Of a stretch of 64,000 bases of DNA, positions 37,490 to 48,335 are shown in pieces; within the stretch, counting starts at the first letter, position 1, and every line of letters begins with the position of its first letter. The DNA comes from Heteronotia binoei. Taxonomy: Eukaryota. The notes under the pieces were generated by a model. That model worked only from the letters and a program-made list of their open reading frames with translations. It searched no databases and was not told where the DNA came from. Where the stretch lies: positions 24,428,001-24,492,000 of the forward strand of contig NC_083230.1 of the NCBI RefSeq assembly GCF_032191835.1, in the 5' to 3' direction. Made by a program: the position numbers and the translations under genes.

Positions 37490-37700
37490 CCGTCCTGCTG
37501 TCTACCCACCCAAGTGAAGGCATTCACTCCCCCCCACCTCAAGGGGAGCTGATCTCTGCCACTCTGAGTGATCTCTAGCCCTCACCTGGAGATTGGCAAC
37601 ATTGGTTCCTTGTCTGAGCACCCTTCCTCACACACAGTCCTCTCCAGGCTCCACCCTTTAAATCTCCAGGAATATTCCAATCTGGAGTTGGCAACCCTAT
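37490..37700. repeat. Copy of the 6750-7009 repeat family
   Basis: Shared AAGTGAAGGCATTCAC...GGAGTTGGCAACCCTATCTCCT. Confidence 0.6.
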
Positions 37701-39109
37701 CTCCTTCACAGCCAACCATCCTGGGATGAGGCTGAGGGGAGGAGGGAGACAGGGAGTGAGGAAAGAGGCAGTAAAGACAGGAAATAAACTTCCTGGCTTA
37801 TTTCATCAGCCTTCGGAGGCTGCCTGTATTGGCAGGCTGTCTGTGTGGGCTGATAGGGAAGAGGTTTGTTGCTGGTGGCGGCCATAACACTTTTAGTGAG
37901 GCTGCAATACAGCAGCAGACCTTTCTGAGACCAGTTGACAGAGAAGAGTGGGATATGTGTCTCTCTCTGAGGTAAGACTGCTTTTGGCAGTTTGTTCAAC
38001 ATTCTTGGGCCTGAGTAGGCAGGGGAGTCAGCCAGTGGGAGGCAAAAGACTCTGTCTGAACTGTGATCAGGTAATGGTTTCTGGAGTGCCTTACTGTCTT
38101 CCCACCCATCTAAGTGAAGGCATTAATCCCCCTACACACACATATCTCAAGGGGAGGTGACCTGGAGTTGGAAACCTGGCAGCCTTTACATAGGAAAAGG
38201 ACAGTCTTTCTTCACGGGGGAGGGAGCCAAGCGCCTGGAGGTTGGCAACAGTGGTTCCCTGGGAGGAAATGGCTGGTAGCATCAAGCAGCTGACATTGTG
38301 AGGAAAGCCATTGCAAGCCTCCCTTTTGCTCCCTCTGAAGTAGCCCCTCCCTGCTGTAAACAAACATTCCTTGTCAGTTGAAGAGATGTTAACTGCTACT
38401 GTTTGTGTGGATTAAATGGAGGAAGTTAAACAGACAAAATGAAATAAAATGACTGAAAGACAGAGATACAGAGAAAGAATAGAAGGGTGAGGTAGAAAAA
38501 AGAGGGGGAGAAAGGAGTGAAAGAAAAATGAGAAGGAAGATAGACAGGGCCCTGAGGAGAGGCAATAGTGATCTGTAAGCCCCCAACAAAGAACTGTGTC
38601 CCTCAGACGTCAGTGGCCATCTGTTGGTGTTCTTGCCTGAAGGGCCAGCAGTGGGTGGGGAAGGGCATAGGGTGGGGGACAGGACAGTGAGGCCAGAGGG
38701 GTTGATGGACACGTGATGGGCCAGTGGCTCATCGAGTGCAGGCTTAGCCAATGAGGGGCCTGGATTTGGCTTCACCAGAGGTCTTTTATATATGCAGTAT
38801 TGAGTTAGGTTTTCCATGCTCTTAACATATTAGTTGATATAGATTTTAATTGGGAGGCTACCATCAGATTCAGTGGCATCATGTGCTGTCTGAAGGCATT
38901 ATGATGAGTTCTTCTGGAACAGAACTGGTGCCGGTAATATCAGAGAGACCATTTGTTATAGTCTAGCTCCTGACAGATACCTATCAATATATTTTTTAAA
39001 AAAATTGTTGAACACATCTTGAAGATAGACAAGACTCTCTGTATGTTCTCCAGTTTTGAATATTCTGAACGCTTTTTAGTTAGGATTTATTTATTTTATA
39101 GACTTTATT

Positions 39110-39376
39110 GAGCCAGTTTGGTGTAGTGGTTAAGTGTGTGGAGTCTTATCTGGGAGAACTGGGTTTGATTCCCCACTCCTCCACTTGCACCTGCTGGAAT
39201 GGCTTTGGGTCAGCCATAGCTCTGGCAGAGGTTGTCCTTGAAAGGGCAGCTGCTTGTGAGAGCCCTCTCAGCCCCACCCACCTCACAGGGTGTCTGTTGT
39301 GGGGGGAGAAGATATAGGAGATTGTAAGCCACTGAATCAGAGACTAGGGCAGGGTATAAATCTGCAGTTCTTCTTC
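39110..39376 (+). mobile_element. Squam3-like SINE
   Basis: Same family as 19498. Confidence 0.85.
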
Positions 39377-39904
39377 ATTTGTAGCCTACCTTTCTCACTG
39401 AAACTCAAGGCATATTGCAAAGCATGCATGTCTGTGTGTATGAGTGATGTATTCTGCAGCATAAGCATGGCCTCTCTTCACATTGTTTGAAGGAAGTTCT
39501 TTTTCAGCTATACTGTTGGATATTTTCTTATCAAGGACATTTAGGATTCTAAGCAGGGGTGGCGCTGTGCAAGTATTCACTGGGCGCCCTCACCCCTCTG
39601 AACACCCCAGAGACAACTGATAGAGCCAGTGTTGGGTTGGGTGGACTCCAACTTCCCACACTTGATCCTGACATGCCCCCTCCACCTGGCAAGAGGTAAC
39701 CATGGCTGCCCCCTTCTCTCACCCCTCCCCACTCCACCTCAAACAGGACCCAGGTGGGTCCGGGTTCCTTGCTTTCAGATTTAGGGATCTGTTTAAATGT
39801 TTGCACAGTTAACTCTTAATCTAACAGCCTTAAAACAACGTAGTGGTGAGAATCAATTCTAAGCCACTGCCCACCAGCTATATGTAGCTGTGCTTACTGT
39901 ACCT

Positions 39905-40050
39905 CATTCCTTGTCTGAAGAAGTATGCATGCATACGAAAGCTTGCATCCTGAATAAAACTTTGTTGGTCTTAAAGGTGCAACTGGACTCCTGCTTTGTT
40001 GTATTGCTTCAGATCAACACAACTGCTCACCTGGATCTAGGCGAAAACAG
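39905..40050 (+). mobile_element. Penelope-like element terminal fragment with hammerhead core
   Basis: CTGAAGA-A-GTATGCATGCATAC-GAAA-GCTT followed by AATAAAACTTTGTTGGTCTTAAAGGTGC, typical of squamate PLE ends. Confidence 0.65.
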
Positions 40051-41829
40051 GTGGTCTACATGCTGCTCTTATGACCTAGGTAGATCACTGAGCAGTTGCA
40101 TTCAAGTTACCAACTTGTCTACACTGCCACGTCTGTTAAAGTGTCCAAAACTTAATTAGAGGCTTGTATTCTTTGTGATTAAAGCAAAGTGGTAAAGCAA
40201 AGCCTGACGCATCAATTAAGAGATCACAGAGTGATCTTGAACTAAGGATCTTGAACTGCAGTCCCCAGCCCTTGAGCTTGTAAATTTCAAACAGCCTCTG
40301 TGAGCAGGTATCAAAGTGTTCAAGCCTCTCTTATGATCTTGGACTTTAATATACTTAGAAAGTGTGTGTGTTTTTAAAAATGGATGATAGCATAGAGGGT
40401 GACCAGTTGAAGAAATGAAAATTTTTAGCAAGTTTTCTATTGAGCAAGAGGTATGATAGAACAGTGGCCTAAGTAACTACAGTATACATTTCCCTGCCTT
40501 TTATAGTACAAAATATAATTTATCATCATGCCCTGGCAATTTCTCTGCCTATTAAGTCTTGTTTTCATTTGTTTTTACACTTTTTTTTTGGTAATAATTG
40601 GATCTGTCTGTATCACTTAGGTTAGCAGTCTTGTTTCTGCAGAAAACATTAAGGTTTGGGATTTTAAATTGGTTAAGAGAAGTATTGTCAGACTGCTGAA
40701 GTAGCAGAAAGGGCAATCCTAGTGCAGTGTTTTGCTAAAACTGCCAGCTTTAATCAGATTTGTTTGTAATCAAATAAACACATGAACAATAAGGCATGCA
40801 GTAAAAGCTAATGGGAATGCTGTTGGTACAAGATTGAATGCAGAGGAGGAGGAGGCTTGGAGGGTAAAGTGTTTCTCAGTAAGAGCACACATCCATCTGA
40901 ATGAAGGTACTTAGAGGGCACAATCAAAACTGAGACGGTGGTTTAATATTCAGGCAATGCCAGAATTAACTTAAGTAAAGGAGCCTTTAACTTCCATTCC
41001 AATTCCCGGTGTGCAGTTTCATTTTCTCAGCAATCTCGCTTAGTTTCATTGCCTGTCAGTAAGGTAGTCTGTTGACTCTGTTATTTATTTATTTTTTAAA
41101 TTCTCTTTACTTCCATAGGAGTTTCCAGTCTAGCAACTTGATAGATGCAGGAGAATTTGGGCAGTTTGCTTGTGTTAAAAGCCTTTATTTCTTGTTGACC
41201 TGTCTCCTACTAGTCAATAGCTGACATCTCTGATGCATGATGGCAGAGAATTGAGTGCTCTCACTAGATAATCTTCTGTGCAGCCTAAGGGACTTAAGAA
41301 GTGGAAGTGTCTATCACAGTGTTTAGCTCTGTGAAGGGCTGGGGTCAACATAAGCTGAGATGCTGCTGAGGCTCAGGGCTTCTGGTAAGGATCCCCTGTT
41401 GCTAATTCCACCTCAACACCTTCCTGCCACCTATCCATGTGCCTTTCCATAACCATTCACTTAAAAGCTCTCTCTACTACCTGTGTTCCCAGCTCCTCAG
41501 CTTTGGAGGAGAAGAATATGTAAGTGATGCACTCGATAACCACAGCAGCAGTGCTGACATAAGCATTAATATGGTGCAGGTAGATGTGAGCAAGTGCGGT
41601 TGGAGAGCTTGTGAGCTGGGAAAGGTTGCATAGTGAGGGGACTTGGAGGTGGATTTGTGAAAGAGGCATGAGAGAGGTCTGATGGTGGTCAGAAGGGGGC
41701 ACCTGGCAGTGTCTGCTCAGCAGCCCCATGACCAACATTGGGCTGAGGTGTGTCTAAATTTCTAGCCACTGACTGGAGACGTTCTTCTTTCTATTCTCTC
41801 TTTATTGTGGCTGCCATTATTTAAATGTA

Positions 41830-42062
41830 CAGAGGTTCATCAGTGGATATTAGCCACGGGGTATAGATGGAACTCTCTGTCTGGGGCAAGTGTTGCTCTG
41901 TATTCTTGGTGCTTGGTGGGGGGAGAGGGCAACAGTGGAAGGACTTCTAGTATCCTGGCCCCACTAGTGGACCTCCTTATGGCACCTGGTCTTTTGGCCA
42001 CTGTGTGACAGTGTTGGACTGGATGGACCATTGGCCTGATCCAACATGGCTTTTCTTATGTT
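41830..42062 (+). mobile_element. CR1 LINE 3' end
   Basis: GGCCACTGTGTGACAG..TGTTGGACTGGATGGACCATTGGCCTGATCCAACATGGCTTTTCTTATGTT terminus. Confidence 0.7.
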
Positions 42063-42200
42063 ATTATTTAGCAAGCTCTGTTTACAGCAATCTAGTTTAT
42101 TCCATGTGATGAATGAATCTTTGAATTTTGGTTTCTTGAAAAGCTACTTGTTATGAAGGATGCAATAGGTAGTGAAGAAGTAGAATGTAGGGGAGAAGTA

Positions 42201-42418
42201 GGGGAGGGATGGTGGCTCAGTGGTAGAGCATCTGCTTGGGAAGCAGAAGATCCCAGGTTCAATCCCCGGCATCTCTAAAAAAGGGTCCAGGCAAATAGGT
42301 GTGAAAAGCCTCCGCTTGAGACCCTGGAGAGCTGCTGCCAGTCTGAGAAGACAATACTGACTTTGATGGACCAAGTGTCTGATTCAGTATAAGGCAGCTT
42401 CATATGTTCATATGTTCA
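42201..42418 (+). mobile_element. Squam2-like tRNA SINE
   Basis: Full length with (CATATGTT)n tail. Confidence 0.88.
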
Positions 42419-42479
42419 ATGCCTAAAATATGGATTGCTGTGGTTTACCAGGTATGAACAGTGGCTGGAAAGAGAAGAG

Positions 42480-42636
42480 CTACCCTAGTCCAATCAATTC
42501 TAATCACGTTTTCAAGGCAAGAAACATTCGGAAATGGCTTACCATTGCCTGCCTCTGCATAGTGACCCTGGATTTCCTTGGTGGTCTCCATTCAAATATT
42601 AACCAGGGCCCACCTGCTTAGCTTCAGAGATTTGAC
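42480..42636 (-). mobile_element. 5S rRNA-headed SINE, degraded
   Basis: GGTGGTCTCC..AATATTAACCAGGGCCCACCTGCTTAGCTTCAGAGAT matches antisense 5S; same family as 2410. Confidence 0.6.
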
Positions 42637-42724
42637 TAGGGTTGCAGAAATCAGAACTAAAACGTAACTATTAAACATGACACATTAAATAATGCCAGAA
42701 TAATATTCTATGGGTAGAAATGTT

Positions 42725-42844
42725 AGATTTGAGACCAGTATCTTAGAAACGAACAAGATATTCAGAGTATAAGCTCTCAAGAGTCTCGAAAGCTTATACC
42801 CTGAAATTCTTGTTGGTCTCTATGATGCTATTGGACTAAAATCT
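42725..42844. mobile_element. Head-to-head Penelope-derived hairpin
   Basis: About 50-bp imperfect inverted arms matching the PLE terminal sequence, centre contains CGAAAGCTT. Confidence 0.55.
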
Positions 42845-43149
42845 TAAGAATTCTACTGCAGAACATCATGGCTACCCTATGAAATTATTAGAAATATATA
42901 GCACAGTGAGAGCAAGATAAAAAGCAAGGTATATAAATCTTATATTTTAACAGGTTTTAGTGTAAAAAAGATTTGTTGGCATGCTGCTATTCTTGATTCT
43001 GGAGAAAGTTGTAAGAAAATTAAATGTGCTTATTGAAAGTGGGAATTCTGTAACTATACATTTCAGTGATTTCCAAAAGACTTGCATGTTCCTAACTTTT
43101 TCCAGATTACATCTGTGTCTATCAGTATCAAAAGCACAGTATTATGCAT

Positions 43150-43853
43150 TTGCCATATGTCAGAGTAACACACAGGAAGCATGCAATATACATAAGCAAG
43201 TCGATTCTATGGATATGTAGACTGACTGGGCAACCCCCCTAAGTACTAATATCTAAATTTTCAGTTCACTCAGTTGCAGCTGGGGAGAGTTCAAAGAGCT
43301 CCATCACATCACCCTGGAAAGCACAACACTCACATTCCTGTGACAGATGGAAAATAGTTTGGCGAGCTGCACTACAGTTGCATTCGGATCCTCATATTTC
43401 ACCCCATTTAAACAACATGTCTGTGCAACTGCCAAAGCCTGCACAACTGCCATTAGCTGTCAAATCCTGTGAGCCTGTCATTGGTGTTTATCAGGTTATG
43501 GATATTGGGTGGAACTGATTTCAGGATTTGTGCAGATCTTATTGCTGTGTGTCAGGATCTTAGTCTGGATCGGCCCATGTCAACGATGTCTTTGTGGATG
43601 GACAATTCTTGTTTTCAGTTTTCTTTCTGTATTCGCGAAGAAGAGCATCTTGTCTTTAGAGATGTGGGGAGCAATGTGGCACAACATGGGTGGCCAGTAG
43701 GTTGGAGTGGGTTTAATATATCCTCTGATGGTTCTCGTTGTTGTATTGAGTTGTACATTACGTTTGTGGATATGGGGGCTGTTGTGTAACACTGAAGCAC
43801 TATATTCCGCAATACTGAAAAAGCTGAGCATGTAAGTGTAAAAGCAGTGTCAG
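43150..43853 (-). mobile_element. Vingi (I-group) LINE 3' portion
   Basis: SIAEYS..QLNTTTRTIRGYIKPTPTYW and FKWG..ECNCSAARQTIFHL.QEC (C-terminal CCHC-type region). Confidence 0.75.
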
Positions 43854-43854
43854 T

Positions 43855-44166
43855 GAGTTTTCCAAGGGACTGAAGGACCTCGAGCAGAAAGGCACCAGGC
43901 TTTGACTGCATCCATAATGAGTTCCTGATCAACAGTGGCATCTTCACTAAGGAGTGTTCTTACTCACCTGAGAACAGAGGTCTCCTAGGAGAATTCAAGA
44001 AAGCAAAGGTAGTTGTTATTCTGAAACCTGGAAAGCCCAAACATCTGGCAGAAAGTTATAGACCGGTTTCCCTTCTAAGCTCCTGTTGTAAACTCCTCAA
44101 GAGGCTAATCCTGAACAGAATCAGTGACAGAATTAATGGACATGTCCCTATAGAGCAAGGAGGATT
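43855..44166 (+). mobile_element. Vingi LINE RT fragment, inverted relative to the 3' portion
   Basis: KAPGFDCIHNEFLINSG..KKAKVVVILKPGKP..ESYRPVSLLS..KLLKRLILNRI..PIEQGG. Confidence 0.8.
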
Positions 44167-44208
44167 AGAACCCATCATAGTTTCAGTTCACTCAGTTGCA
44201 GCTGAGAG

Positions 44209-44671
44209 AGAGCGGTTCTCTCACCGATGCTATTTAATATCTATATGCGCCCCCTTGCCCAGATTGCCAGGAGGTATGGGCTTGGGTGTCACCAGTATGC
44301 GGATGACACCCAGCTCTATCTGCTAATGGACGGCCGGCCTGACTGCGTCCCAGAGAATTTAGACCTGGCTCTGCAGGCTGTGGCAACTTGGTTAAGGCTG
44401 AGCGGGCTGAAACTGAATCCAGCGAAGACAGAAGGTCCTTTGTCTGGGTCGGGGCACTCTGGGAAGGGAAACACCTCTCCCGGTCTTTGACGGGGCGCCG
44501 CTGAAAGTGGCATGCCGGGTCAGGAGCCTGGGAGTTTTACTGGAGCCTTCACTATCAATGGAGGCCCAGATAGCAGCCACCGCCAAGTCAGCCTTTTTCC
44601 ATCTGAGGCGGGCAAGGCAGCTGGCTCCCTTCCTAGAGCGTCAGGATCTGGCAACAGTGATTCATGCAACG
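44209..44671 (+). mobile_element. L2 LINE internal RT fragment
   Basis: AVLSPMLFNIYMRPL..HQYADDTQLY..LKLNPAKTE..DLATVIHAT; truncated at both ends. Confidence 0.9.
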
Positions 44672-44860
44672 GATTAATGTCTGGAAGACCCAAATTCAAA
44701 TCCCCAGTTATGCCATGGAAGCTTGCTGGGTGACCTTGAGCCAATTACAGCCTCTCAGCCTGACCTCCCTCAAAGATAAAATGAAGGAGAGGAGAATGAT
44801 GTGGGCAGCTTTGGGTCCCTATTGGGAAGGAAGGTGGAGTAGATATGAATGAATTAAATA
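44672..44860 (+). mobile_element. Old MIR/Squam3-like SINE remnant
   Basis: TTCAAATCCC B-box-like motif, GGGTGACCTTGAGCC core. Confidence 0.5.
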
Positions 44861-46133
44861 CAATAAATTATCTGCTGTCATTTTCTACAAAACTCACAAG
44901 ATACATAGTTTCTTATTCTCATCCTGCTTCTTATATCTTCAGTCAAACCGGTAGTAAGCACATTAAAATGTGGGACTATTACATGCAAGTATTATTCCAT
45001 TATTATTTCAATACAGTTTTCAATTTGACATTTAAAAAGCTATTTAAATATCCTATAATGGAAAATGCCATCACAAAAGTCAGTCTTCATAAAATATCTT
45101 ATTTTGTCTTTGTGCCAGTTTTGGCTGTTGAGCAAATACAGTATTTGTAGAGAAACAAATAGATTGGAGAATCTGTTTCTTTTGGGGATTTTCTCTTGAT
45201 TTATAAATGTATATTGTGGTAGGGACCTTTTAGAGTTGATTTTCATAACCATCTCATAATTTCTTTGTAAACATTATGTATAAATGACCAATCTTGTTCA
45301 GTAACCTTTCATGTTTACCAACGTCAAAACATCTGAATTTTTCTTTTCATTAATTTTGTTTTGTTACAAATAGTTGTTGTTTTAAAGTGTTTTTTGCTTA
45401 AATCCACTGTAACAAAAATACTTTGATCACCTTATACTGGGTATTCTGTGTATTTTTGGAAGGGTAACCTGCATCTATATGATACTTCTGTTTTTGGTCA
45501 TAGGATTCATATTTGTTGCTGCACACATAATATTTAGCTACTGTTTGTTGTGTAAAGATTGGCAACCCACAGTCCACTGTGTCCTTCTCCTCCCATATCA
45601 GGTGGAAAAATGTATTTGCGGTTAATTCCAAGTAGAAGCCTATAGTGGAACTCATGGTCTCTGATCAGCACACCATATGTAATATGTATTGCTTATACAA
45701 GAGTATTATATCAAAATCTGTTTATTCTAAAATCTGAAACCTCAGAAGGTTAATAATTTTAAAATTGTCAATTACAGGCCTTTTAAGGTAATATTCTTGA
45801 TTCCAATTATTTATGGTTGAGAGGTCTACAATGCTTTGATTCTCTCATAGCTTAGCATCTATTTATTTCAAGACTGATTTATTTAGCAGTCCAGTTTTGC
45901 ATATAAGTGTATCCTTGACATGAAAACCAAAAGGATGTAACTTTTGGTTGCTTTGTGTTTCTGTTTTTTTTTAGGAGCCTAGGCTATTATGTGAGGATTT
46001 GTCATTGTTCCAAATGACAAACATTGTGAAACATTGTGTTTTTTTTTTTCCTGTGCACAGGAAAGATAAATTATTATACAGTAAATCATGGGAAATGGTA
46101 TAACTCATAGTATGGCATTTTTCTTTCCAATAG

Positions 46134-46238
46134 GATACTGTGGTGATAGCTGGATTCAACGTGACTAAATCTGCCAGCAAAGATGGCAGGCATTGCTGTC
46201 AGCTGGAAGTGCCTGATGAAGCTGGGTCATCTGTTTTT
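46134..46238 (+). CDS. POT1: POT1 coding exon 4
   Basis: Acceptor TTTTTCTTTCCAATAG|, DTVVIAGFNVTKSASKDGRHCCQLEVPDEAGSSVF, donor TTT|GTACGT; 105 nt, phase 0-0. Confidence 0.85.
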
Positions 46239-47280
46239 GTACGTATGTTGAAGGTTCCCCCAACCCATGCAATACGAGACATAAACAGTACATGAATCTG
46301 AGCCTCATACGTGGTAGTGATGTCTTCAGCAAGGATGCAGAGCATGCAACTAGATCTATACACCCAAGTGACATTTGGATTTTTTTTCCTTATTTGCAAA
46401 CAGTGAGCTCCCGTGTCATGTAGATAACCATTTTTTTAAACCTGAGTGGAGTATAAAAGCAGACTGTTCAAAGATGGTGGGCGGGGGGGGGGGGGGGGGG
46501 CAGGATCAAAAGTCCCATTAGGCATACACAAAGGCTTTTGCTCACTGAATGTAGTGATCCTAGCCTTCCTATATTGTTTTGTGCTTTTTTTCGTAGTTTA
46601 GAGTTATATAAGCAGTGTTTTTAATATAGAACACGCAAAAGTCTATGTGGGTTCATGGAGCAGTTTTGGGAACAGGTTCTTTTATTTGTTTGGGTAGCCA
46701 ATGAATTTATAAAATATATATCATAAGGATGCGGAAAGCACAACTACTTCAGAAGCATAGTTTCTTTATGTTAATTATGCTGTGCTAAAATTGTAGTTAT
46801 AAACATGCCTTACAGCGTTGCTTTTAAATTTTTAAACAACTAAGGCCACTGCCAGATTTCTGATAGTGTTAGCATTGAATTGGCATTGGGATGTTGGAGG
46901 TCGTGTTGACTTAGCTGAGTAAAGTAATTTTGCTTTCATTTCTCTGGAATAAATATCCAGTAAAGCTGTTTATACAACATGCAATCTTTATTTTTGATCA
47001 GAGTTTGAGTCCAGTGGCACCTTTATTTCGATAACAGGAAAAACAAAGAGCAAGAGACATCAACTCTGATTTTCTTTTTTTTTTTAAGTTAATCCCAACA
47101 GATGGCCCTTGAATAATTGGAATTTTATAGAATGTTTGCCAAATAGTAAGACAGTCATCATGTAATTTGTTTCCATTATAAGGCTGCCACCCATTGTTTC
47201 TGTTCCTTTATCAGTTAGATCAGAACTTCAGCTGGTGAAGCCTCTGTAGAATTTCAGCTCAGTGTCAGAAATCGCCTATA

Positions 47281-47498
47281 TGAACATATGAACATATGAA
47301 GCTACCTTATACCGAATCAGACACTTGGTCCATCAAAGTCAGTATTGTCTTCTCAAACTGGCAGCGGCTCTCCAGGGTCTCAAGCTGAGGTTTTTCACAC
47401 CTATTTGCCTGGACCCTTTTTTGGAGATGCCAGGGATTGAACCTGGGACCTTCTGCTTCCCAAGCAGATGCTCTACCGCTGAGCCACCGTCCCTCCCC
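47281..47498 (-). mobile_element. Squam2-like tRNA SINE
   Basis: Full length; 8-bp TSD CGCCTATA/TGCCTATA. Confidence 0.9.
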
Positions 47499-47919
47499 TG
47501 CCTATAGGATCTGTGCTACTAAAGGCACAAGCATCTTGCCAGATAATTATTTCTTTTAGTTTTTCGTTATCACTGAAAATGTTCAAATTCCTGTTCTATA
47601 AATTATCCAGCCAATAAATAGCAATCTGAAGAAAATGTATATACTGTTTGATTCCAGTAAAATTAAGAATGATACAGTAATCATGTTAAATAGGTGGGCA
47701 TACTGTATGAACTTTAGTAGTGATTAGAGTATCCAGCTAGTATCTGGGTGACCCAGGTTCAAATCTCCATTCTGCTATCAAAGCTTGTTGTGTCACCTTG
47801 GGCTAGTCACTGCCTCTAAGCCTAATCTACTTCACGGTTTTGTTGTGAGAATAAAACGGGGGAGGGGAGAATGAGCTACTCCTTGGAGGAAGGAAAGGAT
47901 AGAAATAAGCAAATGTTTA

Positions 47920-48186
47920 GAAGAAGAAGACATTGGATTTATAACTCTGCCCTTCACTCAGAGTGGCATACAATCTCTTTTCCCTTCCTCTCCCCACAAC
48001 AGACACTCTGTGAAGTAGATGTGGCTGAGAAAGCTCTTTCAAGGACTGTTGTTGAGAGAACAGCTCTTTCTAGGTCACTCAGCAGGTGCATGTGAAGGAG
48101 TGGGGAATCAAACCCGGTTCTGGCAGATTAGAGTCCATGTACTTAATCATTACATGTACTTAACCACTACACCAAACTGGCACCAA
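47920..48186 (-). mobile_element. Squam3-like SINE (older variant)
   Basis: (GAA)n left end; reverse-complement tRNA head at the right. Confidence 0.8.
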
Positions 48187-48290
48187 ATTTAATTGATGTT
48201 TTGTGTCCATTCATGTAAAAATGCTGGCATACAAAGACTGAATCTTTGACATACTGTATTTATGATCCTCTGTTCTTTTTTTCTTCCTAG

Positions 48291-48335
48291 ATTTCTTCTA
48301 AATCACGTACAACAGCTACTTCAGAAACAGCCACG
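48291..48335 (+). CDS. POT1: POT1 coding exon 5 (Ser/Thr-rich linker)
   Basis: Strong acceptor TTCTTTTTTTCTTCCTAG|, ISSKSRTTATSETAT, donor ACG|GTAAGT; 45 nt, phase 0-0. Confidence 0.82.

Noticed and set aside
43150-43260. This Vingi copy as the partner LINE of the Squam2-like SINEs
   Set aside because: Its 3' end does not resemble the SINE tail (GGTCTGATTCAGTATAAGGCAGCTTCATATG); a different Vingi family would be needed
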